A stretch of 62,160 nucleotides of DNA, the filler included, from Syncephalis fuscata S228 (taxonomy: Eukaryota; Fungi; Zoopagomycota): NCBI GenBank assembly GCA_025786725.1. It is 4 parts of 4 records of this genome, joined end to end, with 100 filler letters (N's around TTAATTAATTAA, not from the genome) between each part and the next. Parts side by side here need not be neighbours in the genome. Positions count along the whole stretch, not along the records: positions 1 to 17,608 come from JAHLTZ010000193.1; 3 more parts are not named here. One strand, given 5' to 3'. The notes under the pieces are model-generated. The model saw nothing but the letters and a program-made list of their open reading frames with translations, was not told the origin of the DNA and made no database searches. Every line of letters begins with the position of its first letter. Positions within the stretch are counted from its first letter, which is position 1. The position numbers and the translations under genes are program-made. Below are positions 1-12,071 of this stretch, one piece after another.

Positions 1-599
1 GTTTGATGGCGTAGTACGGCGTCACTGGACTACTTTATGTTCAAACAGGCGATGAAAGCAATAAACAACTCCAGTATCTTATTATAAAAATGTCATTATG
101 CAACAACCAATAATTAATTTTAGCAGCTGGCTGTTAACGATATAGTTGTATTAATGGCCGATAGTACGGCGTTATATATAGGCTGTTTATTTTATAGCCA
201 ATCTACAATACTAAATTAAACGCATGAAAACTAATCAGTATATCTTTATGGCTTTATACATTACAACTGCTCTATACAGAACGATGGATACCTGTAAAGC
301 AATACACGTTTAATGCACTAGTGTTCCTGTCACATTGATGTTATGCGCTGTTTGGAACACCTGTAAATATTGAGGATTGATATTATCAGCGAAAGCAATA
401 ATAAAGGCATAGCAATACATTGTTGCTATTTCTAGAACCAATAAATTTAGTATACATCGCATAGGCGAATTGTGTAACAATATAATACACATTGATAGGT
501 GCATTTTTATCGCATGTGTGTTAGTTGGTTAAATTGTCATTTCATATGTATAAATGCCCAGAAAATAAAACAAAACTATGCTGCATGTTAGCACATTAT

Positions 600-861
600 T
601 GATATATTGGTATACATATGCCTGAAGTTACCATGTGGATGCACCGTTATTGGTTCACATTGCACATTAATGGTATAGCTCATACATACACCGTGCTGAA
701 ATACCAGCATAGTCGTGTATTTAAATAGTCCATACAATACATGCAACTGACTAGTGGCATTATCATCACATTCTACTCGTCGAACACTCACTATCATCTA
801 CTTTCTACTAGCCGTGCTATATCGCCTATTCACTTGTTTGTCTCAACAATTCAATATCACC
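600..861 (+). promoter_or_regulatory. Promoter/5'UTR block conserved across the peptide family
   Basis: gatatattggtata (601), ttattggttcaca (647-659) and tatttaaatag (~718-728) recur in the same order upstream of gene B (34070-34200). The last two also recur upstream of gene C (23089-23171, minus). Confidence 0.6.
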
Positions 862-2008
862 ATGAAGCTTTCTATTGCCGTCGTTTGCACCATTCTTGTG
901 GCTTTTGTAGCCAGTACAGCCATGGTGGATGCCAGCCCAAATAGGGTTTATAGGCGTATGTTACAATTATAATATTTATTTATTTAGCTAACTAAATATA
1001 CTTTTGCTATTAATTTGATTTTATTAGGTGGTAAGTAATGCTGTATATTAACCGAATCCATATTAAACATACGAAATGCACCGTGGATGTTTAACAACTT
1101 GTATTAATAGAGGGTAAGTGGCATTTTAACTAAATTAACTACGTATTAATTATGTATTGTGTATTGTGTGGTTTGAATAATTTGTACTATAGCTAGTAAG
1201 TGACATTTTATATTAACTGACTATTTACTAATCATATGTCATTCATTGTATGTGCTCAACAATGTATGTTAATAGAAGGTAATTAGCGGCGTATATTAAT
1301 TAATTAGAGGCTAAGTTATAGCACACACTGTACGTGTTTAATGACTTGTATTAATAGAAGGTAAGTAGGATTGTAGATTAAATGAATACACACTAAATAT
1401 ATGCCATGTACTGTGTGTAACTGATAATTATATTGATAGCATGTAAGTGCCATTGTATAGCAGTCAAAATACGCTAACCATCCAATATATACTGTGTCTA
1501 ACTAATACTCTGCATCAATAGCGAGTAAGTGGCATTGTATATTAATTGCATATGCACTAAAACATGATATACACTGCCTATTTAATGTACTTGTACTAAT
1601 AGGATGTAAGTCGGATTGTATATCAATTAAATGTGCACTAAACATACGTTATACACTGTGTCTGTTTAATGACTTGCATTAATAGGGAGTAAGTGGCATT
1701 ATATATTGGTTAACAATATGCTAAACATACAATATGCACTGTGTGTGTTTACTAATAATGTGAATAGAGTGTACGTAACATTGTATATTAACTAGCCATT
1801 CATTAAACATATGCCATGCTTGGTGTGCTTAATAATTTGTGTTAATAGTTAGTAAGTGGCATTGTAAAATACTTCATTATTTATTCAATATATGTCATGC
1901 ACTGTGCATGTTTAATAATTTATACTACTAGCTAGTAAGTAATATCGCACATGATTTGCTATACGCTAATTATATGACATAATATGTACATTTATAAACA
2001 TAGAATAA
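862..2008 (+). CDS. Micro-exon secreted prepropeptide gene A (14 exons, 44 aa): MKLSIAVVCTILVAFVASTAMVDASPNRVYRR-EAKEASRWKFTK
   Basis: Exon 1 is 862-955 (signal peptide, ends phase 1). Twelve 3-nt exons follow, each flanked by tag/gta: GTG 1028, AGG 1111, CTA 1193, AAG 1276, AAG 1358, CAT 1440, CGA 1522, GAT 1603, GGA 1686, AGT 1768, TTA 1849, CTA 1932. The terminal exon AATAA is 2004-2008. The spliced CDS is 135 nt with no internal stop. Confidence 0.85.
1031..1934 (+). repeat. Tandem array of ~82-bp intron + 3-nt exon units
   Basis: Micro-exon starts are spaced 81-83 bp apart. The degenerate intron consensus is roughly gtaagtggcattgtatattaa...cactaa...ctgtgtgt...aacttgtattaatag. Confidence 0.9.
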
Positions 2009-2967
2009 CCGGCACTTTCAAGACATCAGTATTGGTATTACAACTACATTTGCTAGTTCAATGCACTTTGGGTATATGTTCGGTAAAGGACAAGACCATT
2101 TGACAACTGCCGTTCAGTCTATTTATATCGCAAGTCCCAACTAATGCTTAGTTTATTCATATTTAGCCATTGATCCTATTGTATTACTAGCAAGCTTGCA
2201 TTCATCTATGTCTATTCAGATATGCAAATTTGAAGTAATAAACACATGGCTTTATTTTAATTATATGCAATCAAATTGTTATGTCTATAATTATTTATGA
2301 TTTATATTTAACAAATAGCAAATCTCAGCCAAATAAAAATATTGAAAACAGACACACATAAATATGTTTTCTTGTCGCCAGCATGCATCATCGTAAGTTT
2401 AGTAATATTGCCATTCAAGTAACAACTCAATATATAACATTATGTCTATAAGTGTTGACAATATAATTGATTGTATTTATTTGCAGCTGTGCCATGAATA
2501 ATGTCTAAATCACTACCATCACATAATCAGAGTGATATCATATTGCCATTAACATAACAGCAACTTTAATTTTCAATAATTTGATAGTATATTTTACATT
2601 TTGTATTAATGTTGAATGGATTAAACAGCGAATTGCCATTATATAAATAGAAATGATATTAAATTAGTACGATTCAAAATATATTAGTGTCATTGTTTTG
2701 TTATTACTTTGGCTATAGATATTTTCTAGTAAGTGGCTTTTGTTTATCGTCAAATCTTAATACAAATTCCGTCACTATTTTCTGTAACACTTTTTCTGCT
2801 TCACTGCCTGGTACTGTTCTGATCTTTATATCCAAATAAAGCTTTGTTATTATTATTCCATTTTGTTTATGTATTTCCCGCCTTTTCCTTTTAAATTGAA
2901 ATGTGATAGAAACACAGTTCTTTATTGGTCATCATTACGCGTTTTAATTATAAAAAGTCCCAACACA

Positions 2968-4066
2968 ATGTCAACAACCGATAGTAGTTATACATCGGCT
3001 AGTACGCGATCAAAATTTAGCTTTGTTGATGAGCTGGTGGCAGAGGATATGCCACGGCATATATTTTCAGATAGCCCGGCATATAATACGCGTGCAAAAA
3101 CAAGTAGTAGAAGTACTACGCAATCTGAATATAATCATGTTTATTTATTAAATGAACGCGGCTCTAATGCTAATAGAGCCTCGGGACATGGTCAGAAGCC
3201 TTATAAAAGAATGCGAAAGCCCATAAAACTTGATTCAGGCAAATTAAGCGAAAGTTTCTTGGAAAGAGCCGATCGACTACTACAATCTGGTGGATCATTA
3301 CTATCGTTGGCTGTTTCTGTCGGGCCTAATTCGTTGGATACAGACAATTTAATAGAGCTACTGAATAACCAGGACAAAAGTAGCTTTAGTCGAACGTCGA
3401 GTAAACAATCGCATCTACAAGCACCGTCATCAAAACAGCAATCTACGAAACACAGCCTTGTCAATGTTTCTCAAGATTCTGGAATTAAAGCTTATAGCTG
3501 GGATATATCACCAAAGCGACAGCCATTAAGGTAAACATCCATAGAACAAGCTATATTATTCAATTGCTTAATGGTAGTTATAGTATGGTTAGTAAAAGTC
3601 GTGGCTTTTCATTTGTAAATAGTCCTTTATTAGCACGACGCTCTCCTCATCTGGTTCGCCATTATACTGCTATGCACAAACCAGCACGACTAGTGCTTCT
3701 CCCCTCATCGCGTAGCCGTCTAATATCAACTAGAAATCAAGGTAATTACTAAGAATATAACAAGATAACATCAACTTATATTTATTATAGAAAATATAAA
3801 GCCAACACAAAAAAGCCCACGTCGACACATTTATCAGTATAAACCACAACCACCCACGCCTTTAGTGTACAAAACATATACGGTAATGACTTAATGATAA
3901 ATGAGCATCATAATAGCTATACTAAACGTAATAATAATACTTCAGCATTCTCAATCGCGAAAACGACGACGTATAGACGAAGATGGCACAGTAACAACAA
4001 GTCCATCCATGCCAACATCATATTGGAGGGATAGATCAAGATTTAATTGCATGTTTTACAATTAAA
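2968..4066 (+). CDS. Hypothetical Ser-rich protein, multi-exon; 3' end approximate
   Basis: Long ORF from ATG 2968 to a donor at ~3531, followed by short GT-AG separated exons. No recognisable domain. Confidence 0.5.
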
Positions 4067-4365
4067 AATAAATTTATTGATTAACTATCTATTTATAAAA
4101 ATAATATTTACCAAGAATAAAGTAAGTATATTAAAGGCTCAACGGATCGCTAAATGGTAATAAAGAAAAGCAATTTAAAAGAAAAATAGCAAAAGTGCCA
4201 GGTGGCAGCAAAAACAAATAGCAACTATGTGCACCATCAAAAACAACATAGATATGCTATAACTGATGGATAGAATAAATGATCCTGCATTTAAATAGTG
4301 TATAGAGGGGATAAGTCGAATAAAATACAACAAAAGAGCACGCCAGCATCGATCTTTTGATCACT

Positions 4366-6695
4366 CTAAGCATTACTGGCTATTTTGCTATCTCCGTTGT
4401 TATTATGGAGACTTGTACAGTCTTGACAGATCCACGAAGTAGGAATTGCTCGTTCACTGATTCTATTGCATTGATAAGTAACAATGTATTTGTGTAAATA
4501 ACTAATCACTTACCCAACACAGCGTCTAAATAGATAGATAGACAATAAATAAATCATTGATTCAATTAGAATATTATATTCATATAACTGGCAATTAGTC
4601 AATTAAAGCTTACCCATGGAACCAGTTATGGCAACGCTATAAATGTATATAATTAATAAATGATTATTAAACAACAATAACATTGCTACTTACATCGCAA
4701 TCAAGCATCACTAATCCTGACTGTCCCTCTCTACATACTTGGCAGCATACCTCTTCTTCAGTCAATTGTTGAAGGGGCTCAAATCCAAGTGGCGGTGGAA
4801 GAATGGGAAGTAGCATCGATGAAGGCAGACTATTACGCTTGCCCATAGACATGCCCAATGGTGGATATCCCGGTACATCGCTCTATTAATGTTATAGTTT
4901 AAATATACAATTTTATAGTCGATTAAGCCTTTCTAGCTTACCTTGCTCATACTAGGGCCGGATCCTAAATGATCGTGATTTGCCTCCATGGCCATTAATG
5001 TTGAATTGCGTCGATTAAAGTAGCTACGCTTCATATCTTCATACTCAACATCTCTGCAAGATAATAGAAATTAATAACTAAATACCACTCATTAAATTGT
5101 CATTAAACTTACACAATTGATTTACGTTTGCGGAACATGGAAATTGGTTCAAACGAACTATCCGTATCACTGCTGGCCAATAGTACAATATCCTGATTCA
5201 GTCGTGGTTCATTTATCTACTATTACTTAGCTATTTGTATTAAACTATTATTTGTGTAATTTACCTCTCTCATAGGTTCCTTTTTATGTTCGGCATCTAG
5301 TAGTGGTTCTTGGTGTAGAAATTCGTCTTGATGTTCTATTACAGCTAGATTACTTTTATTGCTGTGCCTTTCACTGCGTGCATCTGGAGTAGGACTGTTT
5401 GATGACGAGGCTGGGCCTGAGTTGATAGCAGCAGCAGTATGGGCTTCTGGTGATGGTGCAGCGACTGATTCCGATTTAATCGATGCATCATCGCTGTCTG
5501 TACTGGCTGTCATGCTTCTAGCGGCAGTGGTAGCAGCTACTGGTGGTGGTGTAGGCTGTGGTGCTGAAGAAGGTGTTGGTGGCAGTGTTTCTTTTTCGTT
5601 AGAGGTCGGTGAGACAGATGATGTGCTGGATGAAGAAGCCGAGTGTTGACTACGTTTGCTATTGGCAGGCATGGTAATCTCAGGTACTGCTTTAATCGAC
5701 TGTTTGCGGTTATTAGCCACTACAGCATGGCCACCTGGTCCAGGTGTTGGTAGGAGTGATCCAGGTTGCTGTTGTTGTTGCTGTTGCTGCTGTTGTAAAT
5801 TGTAATAAGGATTCGAATGTGATGGTAGATGAGACGGATGAGAATAAAAACCTTCGGCTTGTTCCATCGGCAGACGACTCTGAGGTGACATTGGATGTGA
5901 GTGATAATGGTGTGGATGTGAGTGTGAGTGTCCGTGTGGATGATGGCCAGCCATATGAGGATAGCCATAGGGAGAAGGTGGCATATGAGCATGGACATTA
6001 TTAGACGATCCATTGACTGTCGCTGCGGCAGCTGCAGCAGCCATAGCAGCCGCATATTGGTGCTGTTGATGTGACTGTTGTGCTAATGGCTGATGTACAA
6101 CCTGCCGTGAAGGGTGCGAATGCATAGGATGTTGCGCTATTGGATGCGCTTGTGCTTGTGGCGGAGGTTGCTGGTGCTGTTGTTGTTGTTGTGTAACAGC
6201 CATTAATGCATTGCGCAAATTTACGTTTTCTAATTCTACAGTTTCTAATCGTTTTTTAAGTAAATCAATGTATTCTTTTGCCTTTTGCATGATTAGCACT
6301 GTGGAAGGCTTTTCAAGCTGAAGAGTCGGAATAATATCGCGCAGTTCATTAAGCTTTTCCTTTTGATGATGTCGTCGCTAAATTGCCATATTAGTTTATA
6401 GTACAATTTAACTATTATCAATTTACCTTTCGTTCTAGTTCATTGTGATTCAGCCTTTTGACCTTTCTATATATTCAATAAATAACATTAGTATCATAAA
6501 TATTTATTATCGTTTATGTTGTAAAATGCATTATGCAATTGTTTATCGTCATTTAAATCCATCCAATCAGCCCATTTGTTTTAATTCATTACTATAAGTC
6601 TTTGCTTATTACTTTAATTATTATACTTACGTTGGCCGTGATAGTCCGGAGCCCAAGTCCTCATCAAAGTCCATAATATCGTATTCTGAACTCAT
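4366..6695 (-). CDS. bHLH-ZIP (Myc/Max/Mlx-like) transcription factor with a Q/H-rich middle and a C-terminal PHD finger
   Basis: Spliced basic-HLH reads RKVKRLNHNELERK|RRHHQKEKLNELRDIIPTLQLEKPSTVLIMQKAKEYIDLLKKRLE. Downstream in-frame exons give CQVC...LDCD|RCHNWFHG|RCVG|ISERAIPTSWICQDC, a C4HC3 pattern. Stop TAG at 4366-4368. Confidence 0.8.
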
Positions 6696-8334
6696 GTTTG
6701 CCTAATCGATCGTGTAATGGCGGAGATTAAACCGAGTTGAGAATAGTATGGTAGATCAGTTTAAGCAATATTCAATAAAACTAAGAATATCGTATACTGG
6801 ATGCTGTGTAGGAAAAGTAGATAGTAAACTGAATGGATTGGCAATAGTGATGTTCAAGCACAAACGACAATGTTTCACCATACATATATTGAGGTGTATG
6901 TCGTTGGCACCACGCTGTAAAACGACAGGGCGCTTAGCCAAGGCGTAAATAGTTCAACGAATAGAAAAATCCCCGGTAAACTAAATGTTGCTACCTAAGC
7001 AAATCTAGTTGGAAAGATGCAAAGCAAAAAGCAGAAAGCAATTTCAAAATAGTTCAAGGCTTACTATTGTATAAGCAGACTAGGCAGGGCAGCAGTGTGT
7101 GAGTGTGCAAAGATGGCAACTCAGGTATACGTGCAGGCAATATGCAGATAAACAACGAATAGCTGTATGTGCGTAGGTGTGCGATTTATATAGTCGACGC
7201 CACGTGTAGGTAACTATTTTAAAAGATACTATCCAGCAGTGGCGGCAAGGGTCAAGATTCCGGAGAAGAATAGGATAAAGGAGTGAAGAAAGAAGATGAG
7301 GTTTGCAATGCAGTCAGCAATCAATGCAATGTGTTGTAGATAGTTGCTATTGTCGTTGTTGTTGTTGCTGCTAAAGAGAGAAAGGAGAAGAGTGCAAGTA
7401 AGGTGGTGACAGAAGGTAAAAACGTGCCACAACTTCCACAAATAAAATGGAATATATTCGAACAGTGGCGGAAACAGGGACACCACAAGTTATAGGAATC
7501 TGAAGCAACTTTAAAACCGTCAAGAAAGGGGTACGGTCGGCTTTCCACGACAATTGGCAGTGGAAAAAAGGAAAATATCGCTGGTTTTGTCGAAAACGAA
7601 AAACGTGGCGCAAAGTAAAGCAAACTGGAATGAGTTGGAACAAAACGGTCAAGAATGCTAAAGTAGAAGCTCATCGATTGGTTTTTATCATGTGCATACA
7701 TGCGTATTTGTATCTGCGCGTAGAAGGGAAGGAGGAGATTTATCGGAGTTGTGTTTGAGGTGTCGTTGCCGTTTTTTGAAAAATGTCTATTTCCTTTTAA
7801 GGCAGCAATATCATAGATTAGGCTGTATCGCTAAATGGAGCGAAGATGGAATTCCCTCAGTATCCAGGATATTAGTAGCACTTACATTGTGCGGAGTGGC
7901 GATTAGAAACGCAGGTATAGCCTGATAATGAAACGAGTTTAGCCATTTATAAATAGCAGCCTACAGGTTTTTATTGTTTGGCAGTAATTTGAATATCGGA
8001 CGTTATGGTAGAACTAGTTTATTGTAGTTAGTCGTTCAGCAGTTGATGTAATAAGCATGTTGGATGTAGGTAAATAGCTGCTGTATTGAAAGTCATTTGA
8101 ATTTATATCATAATGATATAGCTATTAGCTGATGATGTCATTTAAATTGTTTTGTATGCAACCAACTCTAATGCTAAACATGGTATTCTAATTATTTATA
8201 TCGATTACATTTACAAAATATTCAATTCAAACAATCTATACTTTACTTTTAAACCATTTATTCATACTCATGATGGTATATCTATTTATAAAATAAATAT
8301 TTTAAAGTAAGAATATTTAATTGTAAGATTGATA

Positions 8335-10232
8335 CTAATTATTTGCTGCATTACTATAACGCTTGATCATCCGGGTGAATTTACGAGTCAGTCGTCGATA
8401 TGATGGATGATTATCCGTAGCATGTTCAAATCTAACCATTGTCTCGCCACCAACAGTTGTCATTCCACCGAGTGGTGACCGTATCTCCTCTTTAACGAGT
8501 TTTGGCGGTCGTGGCCATCGTACACCCAGTACCGACAGAAATATAAGTGCGCGAATCATAAAAGCTGTATCAAATAATAGTTCTGCTACAAATAATTTAG
8601 TAAACAGAAAACCAAAGGAGTTACTAGCAGGCCATATATTGCGTAATGGAAATGCCATATATGTAACGAGACCTAAAGAAGCTACGCATGCCAACTTGTA
8701 CAGCGCTTTATTATTGGAATAATTGATTTTATGCTAAATAACCTACTTGTATAAACCTCTTTCGACCCTTGGAGTACTTTTTAAGCCTGTAAGCACTCAG
8801 TATAAACCATATCACTGCAGAACAATCTTAGTACAAATATATTGTGTTGATATTGAACAGACTTACCAAATCCGCAAAAAACCACGCAATTAATAAAAGC
8901 CACTGGAATTGTAATAAGTTTGTGCATTTCTTTAAGGCTGTAAAGTAAAGTGCGTTCCGTGCCGTGTTTAATAACAGTTACTATTTCTAAAAAAATTCGT
9001 ATAATACTCGGTATTATATCAATAACAATAAAGATTCGAAATAGTATAATAGTTCTTTTTGAAAATAAGTTTTTGCTAATAGTTGACCTAAATAACTGTT
9101 AAACACAAATAATTACTTAATTAATCGCCTACCAATGCCAAAATATTATGTCAAACGGTATTCCTGCAATAAAAATATACAATTTAAGGCTTATTGGCAG
9201 ATCGTACGTGTTGCGTAAAGCAATCAAGTGGCTCATAAAAGCTTTACAAAACTATAAGTCATGATTTTTAGTCTTTCGTGATCACTTACAAATACAGTAA
9301 ATAACGGATACACCAAACGATAACAAAAGTAAATTGTATTTTAGCATTTTCAATGTTACCAGCATAAAAACCCGAAAACATGCATACAGAAAAGCTAATA
9401 ATAGCTGTACAAATACAATGAGTATGGCAATAAATAATTACGTTTACTTACTAATACAAAATAAATTAATTCGTGAGTGATATATTTTGCTGACGAAAGT
9501 TCAGCATCCCATGGATTAAGTTCTATCGATAGTTTAGTATTACTTTGTAAAACACTTTATGCTAGCCACCTTGCTCGGCAATATAATGAAAGCTTTTATA
9601 GCTACCAGTGTTTGGAAGGTCATTCAATAAAGAATCATATTTGCCTATTTTTGCCGTCTTTATTGATTCTGTTTTTGCGGTTTTATGATACGGTTCAAAA
9701 TTAAATAATTCAATATTATCATAATATATCATAAAAATTGGCTCCTGAGATCCGGCTATAATAATCAATTTGATTGTTGGAAATGCTGCTCGCGATAGCT
9801 GGCTGATTAAACTGTTTACTGCTTTAATCATCTATGTTACATTAGTTTAAGTGGTTCTAATGTATTTAGTCTTACATTATCTCCCTTGCTACACTCAACT
9901 GGCAAATCTTTTGAATAGTCTAAAACCAATGCAAATTCCGAATATGCATATGCCTTTTTAGCTATGTCTTGAAGTTCTTTGTCAAAAGCATCAACTGGTG
10001 GAAAGGCACATGGACCGTCCCATTCAACGCTTTTAAATGACCATACAAGTCCAATGCCTTCATACTGATAGTAGGACTCTCGATCGGGATAATTATCATG
10101 CAAGTCATAGGTTTTGTTTCCAGTATTATTTACGATAGTGAGTTTTGCGGCAACACAACTCAGCTGTACTGATATACAAATAAACAATAACGGAAATACT
10201 AACAATGACTGACGGTAGTCTAAAAGGCGCAT
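8335..10232 (-). CDS. Signal peptide, extracellular domain and multi-pass membrane region (receptor-like), multi-exon
   Basis: Hydrophobic N-terminus MRLLDYRQSLLVFPLLFICISVQLSCVAA, then several hydrophobic exons between ~9460 and 8500 separated by GT-AG introns. Confidence 0.55.
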
Positions 10233-11174
10233 TGTGTAAAATAGAATAAAAGGTAGTAATGGTGCATGTTGAACGATGCAACGCACTTGCCTGTATATAA
10301 CTAAAAGACGCATGCTTTCGAGAGCATGTGCATGTATAAACTGGTTTTGTAGCGCAAGCCTTCGCCTTAATGTGAGTACCGTCTATAAGCACTTGATTTT
10401 TTATCTCTTTGTAAATATGACTATTTGCACCAATAATAGCTATTTATTGAGCAAAATAACACGAGTAAATAATTCAATTTTATTATTATATCAATGCATA
10501 GTTTGACTATTGATACTGGTGCACTTGTACTATCTAAAAAATAAATATTATTACTTAGCTAACAAATTTGACAAAATGGCCAATTAAATTGAGCTAATAA
10601 AGCATCATTGCTCGCTAATAGTAGTCTAATGCTAGTTATTTATTGCGTATACTATTTAGTTGATTCGTGTCACTAACAGATATTTACTATACTTTATTAT
10701 TGAAACACAAATACATGCAACATCGCCAATGACACAAAATTCATGTTTATGTTTCAGATTTTTCGGTGCAATGCTGCTCGAAACACAAATGATCCTACGA
10801 CCAATATTATGGATTTATTTGTAACTAAAATTTACCAGAATACATAACTGCGCCAGTTTAATTATATTACTATCCAATTACACTGATGGCCAATTGCGGC
10901 ATTATTCTTTTTATTATTGCTAAAATGAAAATATAAGCCATTAATGATTTCCTTATTGGCCATGCACGGTGTAATTGAATTGATCATCTTTCTTTACAAA
11001 TTAGGCATTTATCGTTTGAAGCGTTTCATTAAGTATTTGACAAGCACGAGTTGCAAGTCGCTCAAGTTATCTTTTTTGACTTGACCTTTTCTTTTCTATT
11101 CATAACGCAAGCCTTTTATTCTATTACGCTCATCACTACTACGCTCTCATACCAAACCTTTGGCAATTTTAGAT

Positions 11175-11786
11175 ATGCACTTTCTGTCGGCTGGTCTTGT
11201 GTTTGCAAGCCTGGCGGCCAGTTGGCTTGCAATAACTCAAGTTATTGTCGTTTCTGCCTTGGAAATTACCGACATTCCTATCGCTCCTAATAATCATGCA
11301 CTTTTCGACGTTAATGATAACGGCCTACTTCGCGTCTATCCCTGCCTTGGCTTAATGGGCACGCCTAGCAGTGTAAAGGCCGTACGCACCAGCAATTCAT
11401 CACTGACCACGCATATCCGCACCATATTTACGGACGCCAATGATCGGATTGTGCGTATCGCCGATGTCAAGTATACAATACTACGTCACCGACCCTACGA
11501 GTTTAAATTTACCGACTACGATGAGAACGGGGTAATTACACGCAAAGGATGCGCTCAGGTAATTCATCACTACTTGGCTACGGGCAAACCGCGTTCCATT
11601 GAAATTCGAATGGGCGATAAGATGGAAAGTATTGTCATTAAACGCAATCGTATGACGGGAGCCATTAAGAAAATCGCTGTAAACCGTTCTTGGGCTGAGA
11701 CTACAGTGCTTAAGCCCGATGAGTTTATCGATAATATTTATTTAGAACGCGAGAAAAACAGTGGAATTATTGTGGCACCTGTTTAA
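11175..11786 (+). CDS. Intronless secreted hypothetical protein (~203 aa)
   Basis: Continuous ORF with a signal-like N-terminus (MHFLSAGLVFASLAASWLAITQVIVVSA) and coding-like GC content. Confidence 0.65.
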   Translation: MHFLSAGLVFASLAASWLAITQVIVVSALEITDIPIAPNNHALFDVNDNGLLRVYPCLGLMGTPSSVKAVRTSNSSLTTHIRTIFTDANDRIVRIADVKYTILRHRPYEFKFTDYDENGVITRKGCAQVIHHYLATGKPRSIEIRMGDKMESIVIKRNRMTGAIKKIAVNRSWAETTVLKPDEFIDNIYLEREKNSGIIVAPV

Positions 11787-12071
11787 ATTTTACGAATGCA
11801 CAAATGATAGCAATATTGTCCAGTCAAGTACAATTTATTTGAAATGACTTTAAATAAAGCTATCAAACATTATTATTTTCTGCTTTTTGGTGATCATTGT
11901 ATTTATTATTATTATTATTATTATTGATTTAGCTATAATATTATTAGTTACTTTATTTTAAAATTTATTAATTCATTTTAATATAATATTAAACTGATAA
12001 ATGAACAAACAGCTTATTGTTATCACTATTATATTATTATATTTATTATGTATACAAAAATATTATCATTG

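Noticed and set aside
754-972. ORF-track 72-aa ORF ending RRMLQL
   Set aside because: It reads into intron 1 of gene A. The likely start is ATG 862 and the frame continues through the micro-exons.
1028-1934. CRISPR array or plain minisatellite interpretation of the 82-bp periodic arrays
   Set aside because: The repeats are degenerate and bounded by GT...AG, the spacers are only 3 nt, the context is eukaryotic and there are no cas genes. The spliced triplets form a sensible ORF.
5359-6055. Overlapping or antisense ORFs within the bHLH gene (likewise 3201-3464, 40511-40900, 45546-45854, 28899-29084)
   Set aside because: Shadow frames of real coding exons or of low-complexity codon repeats.
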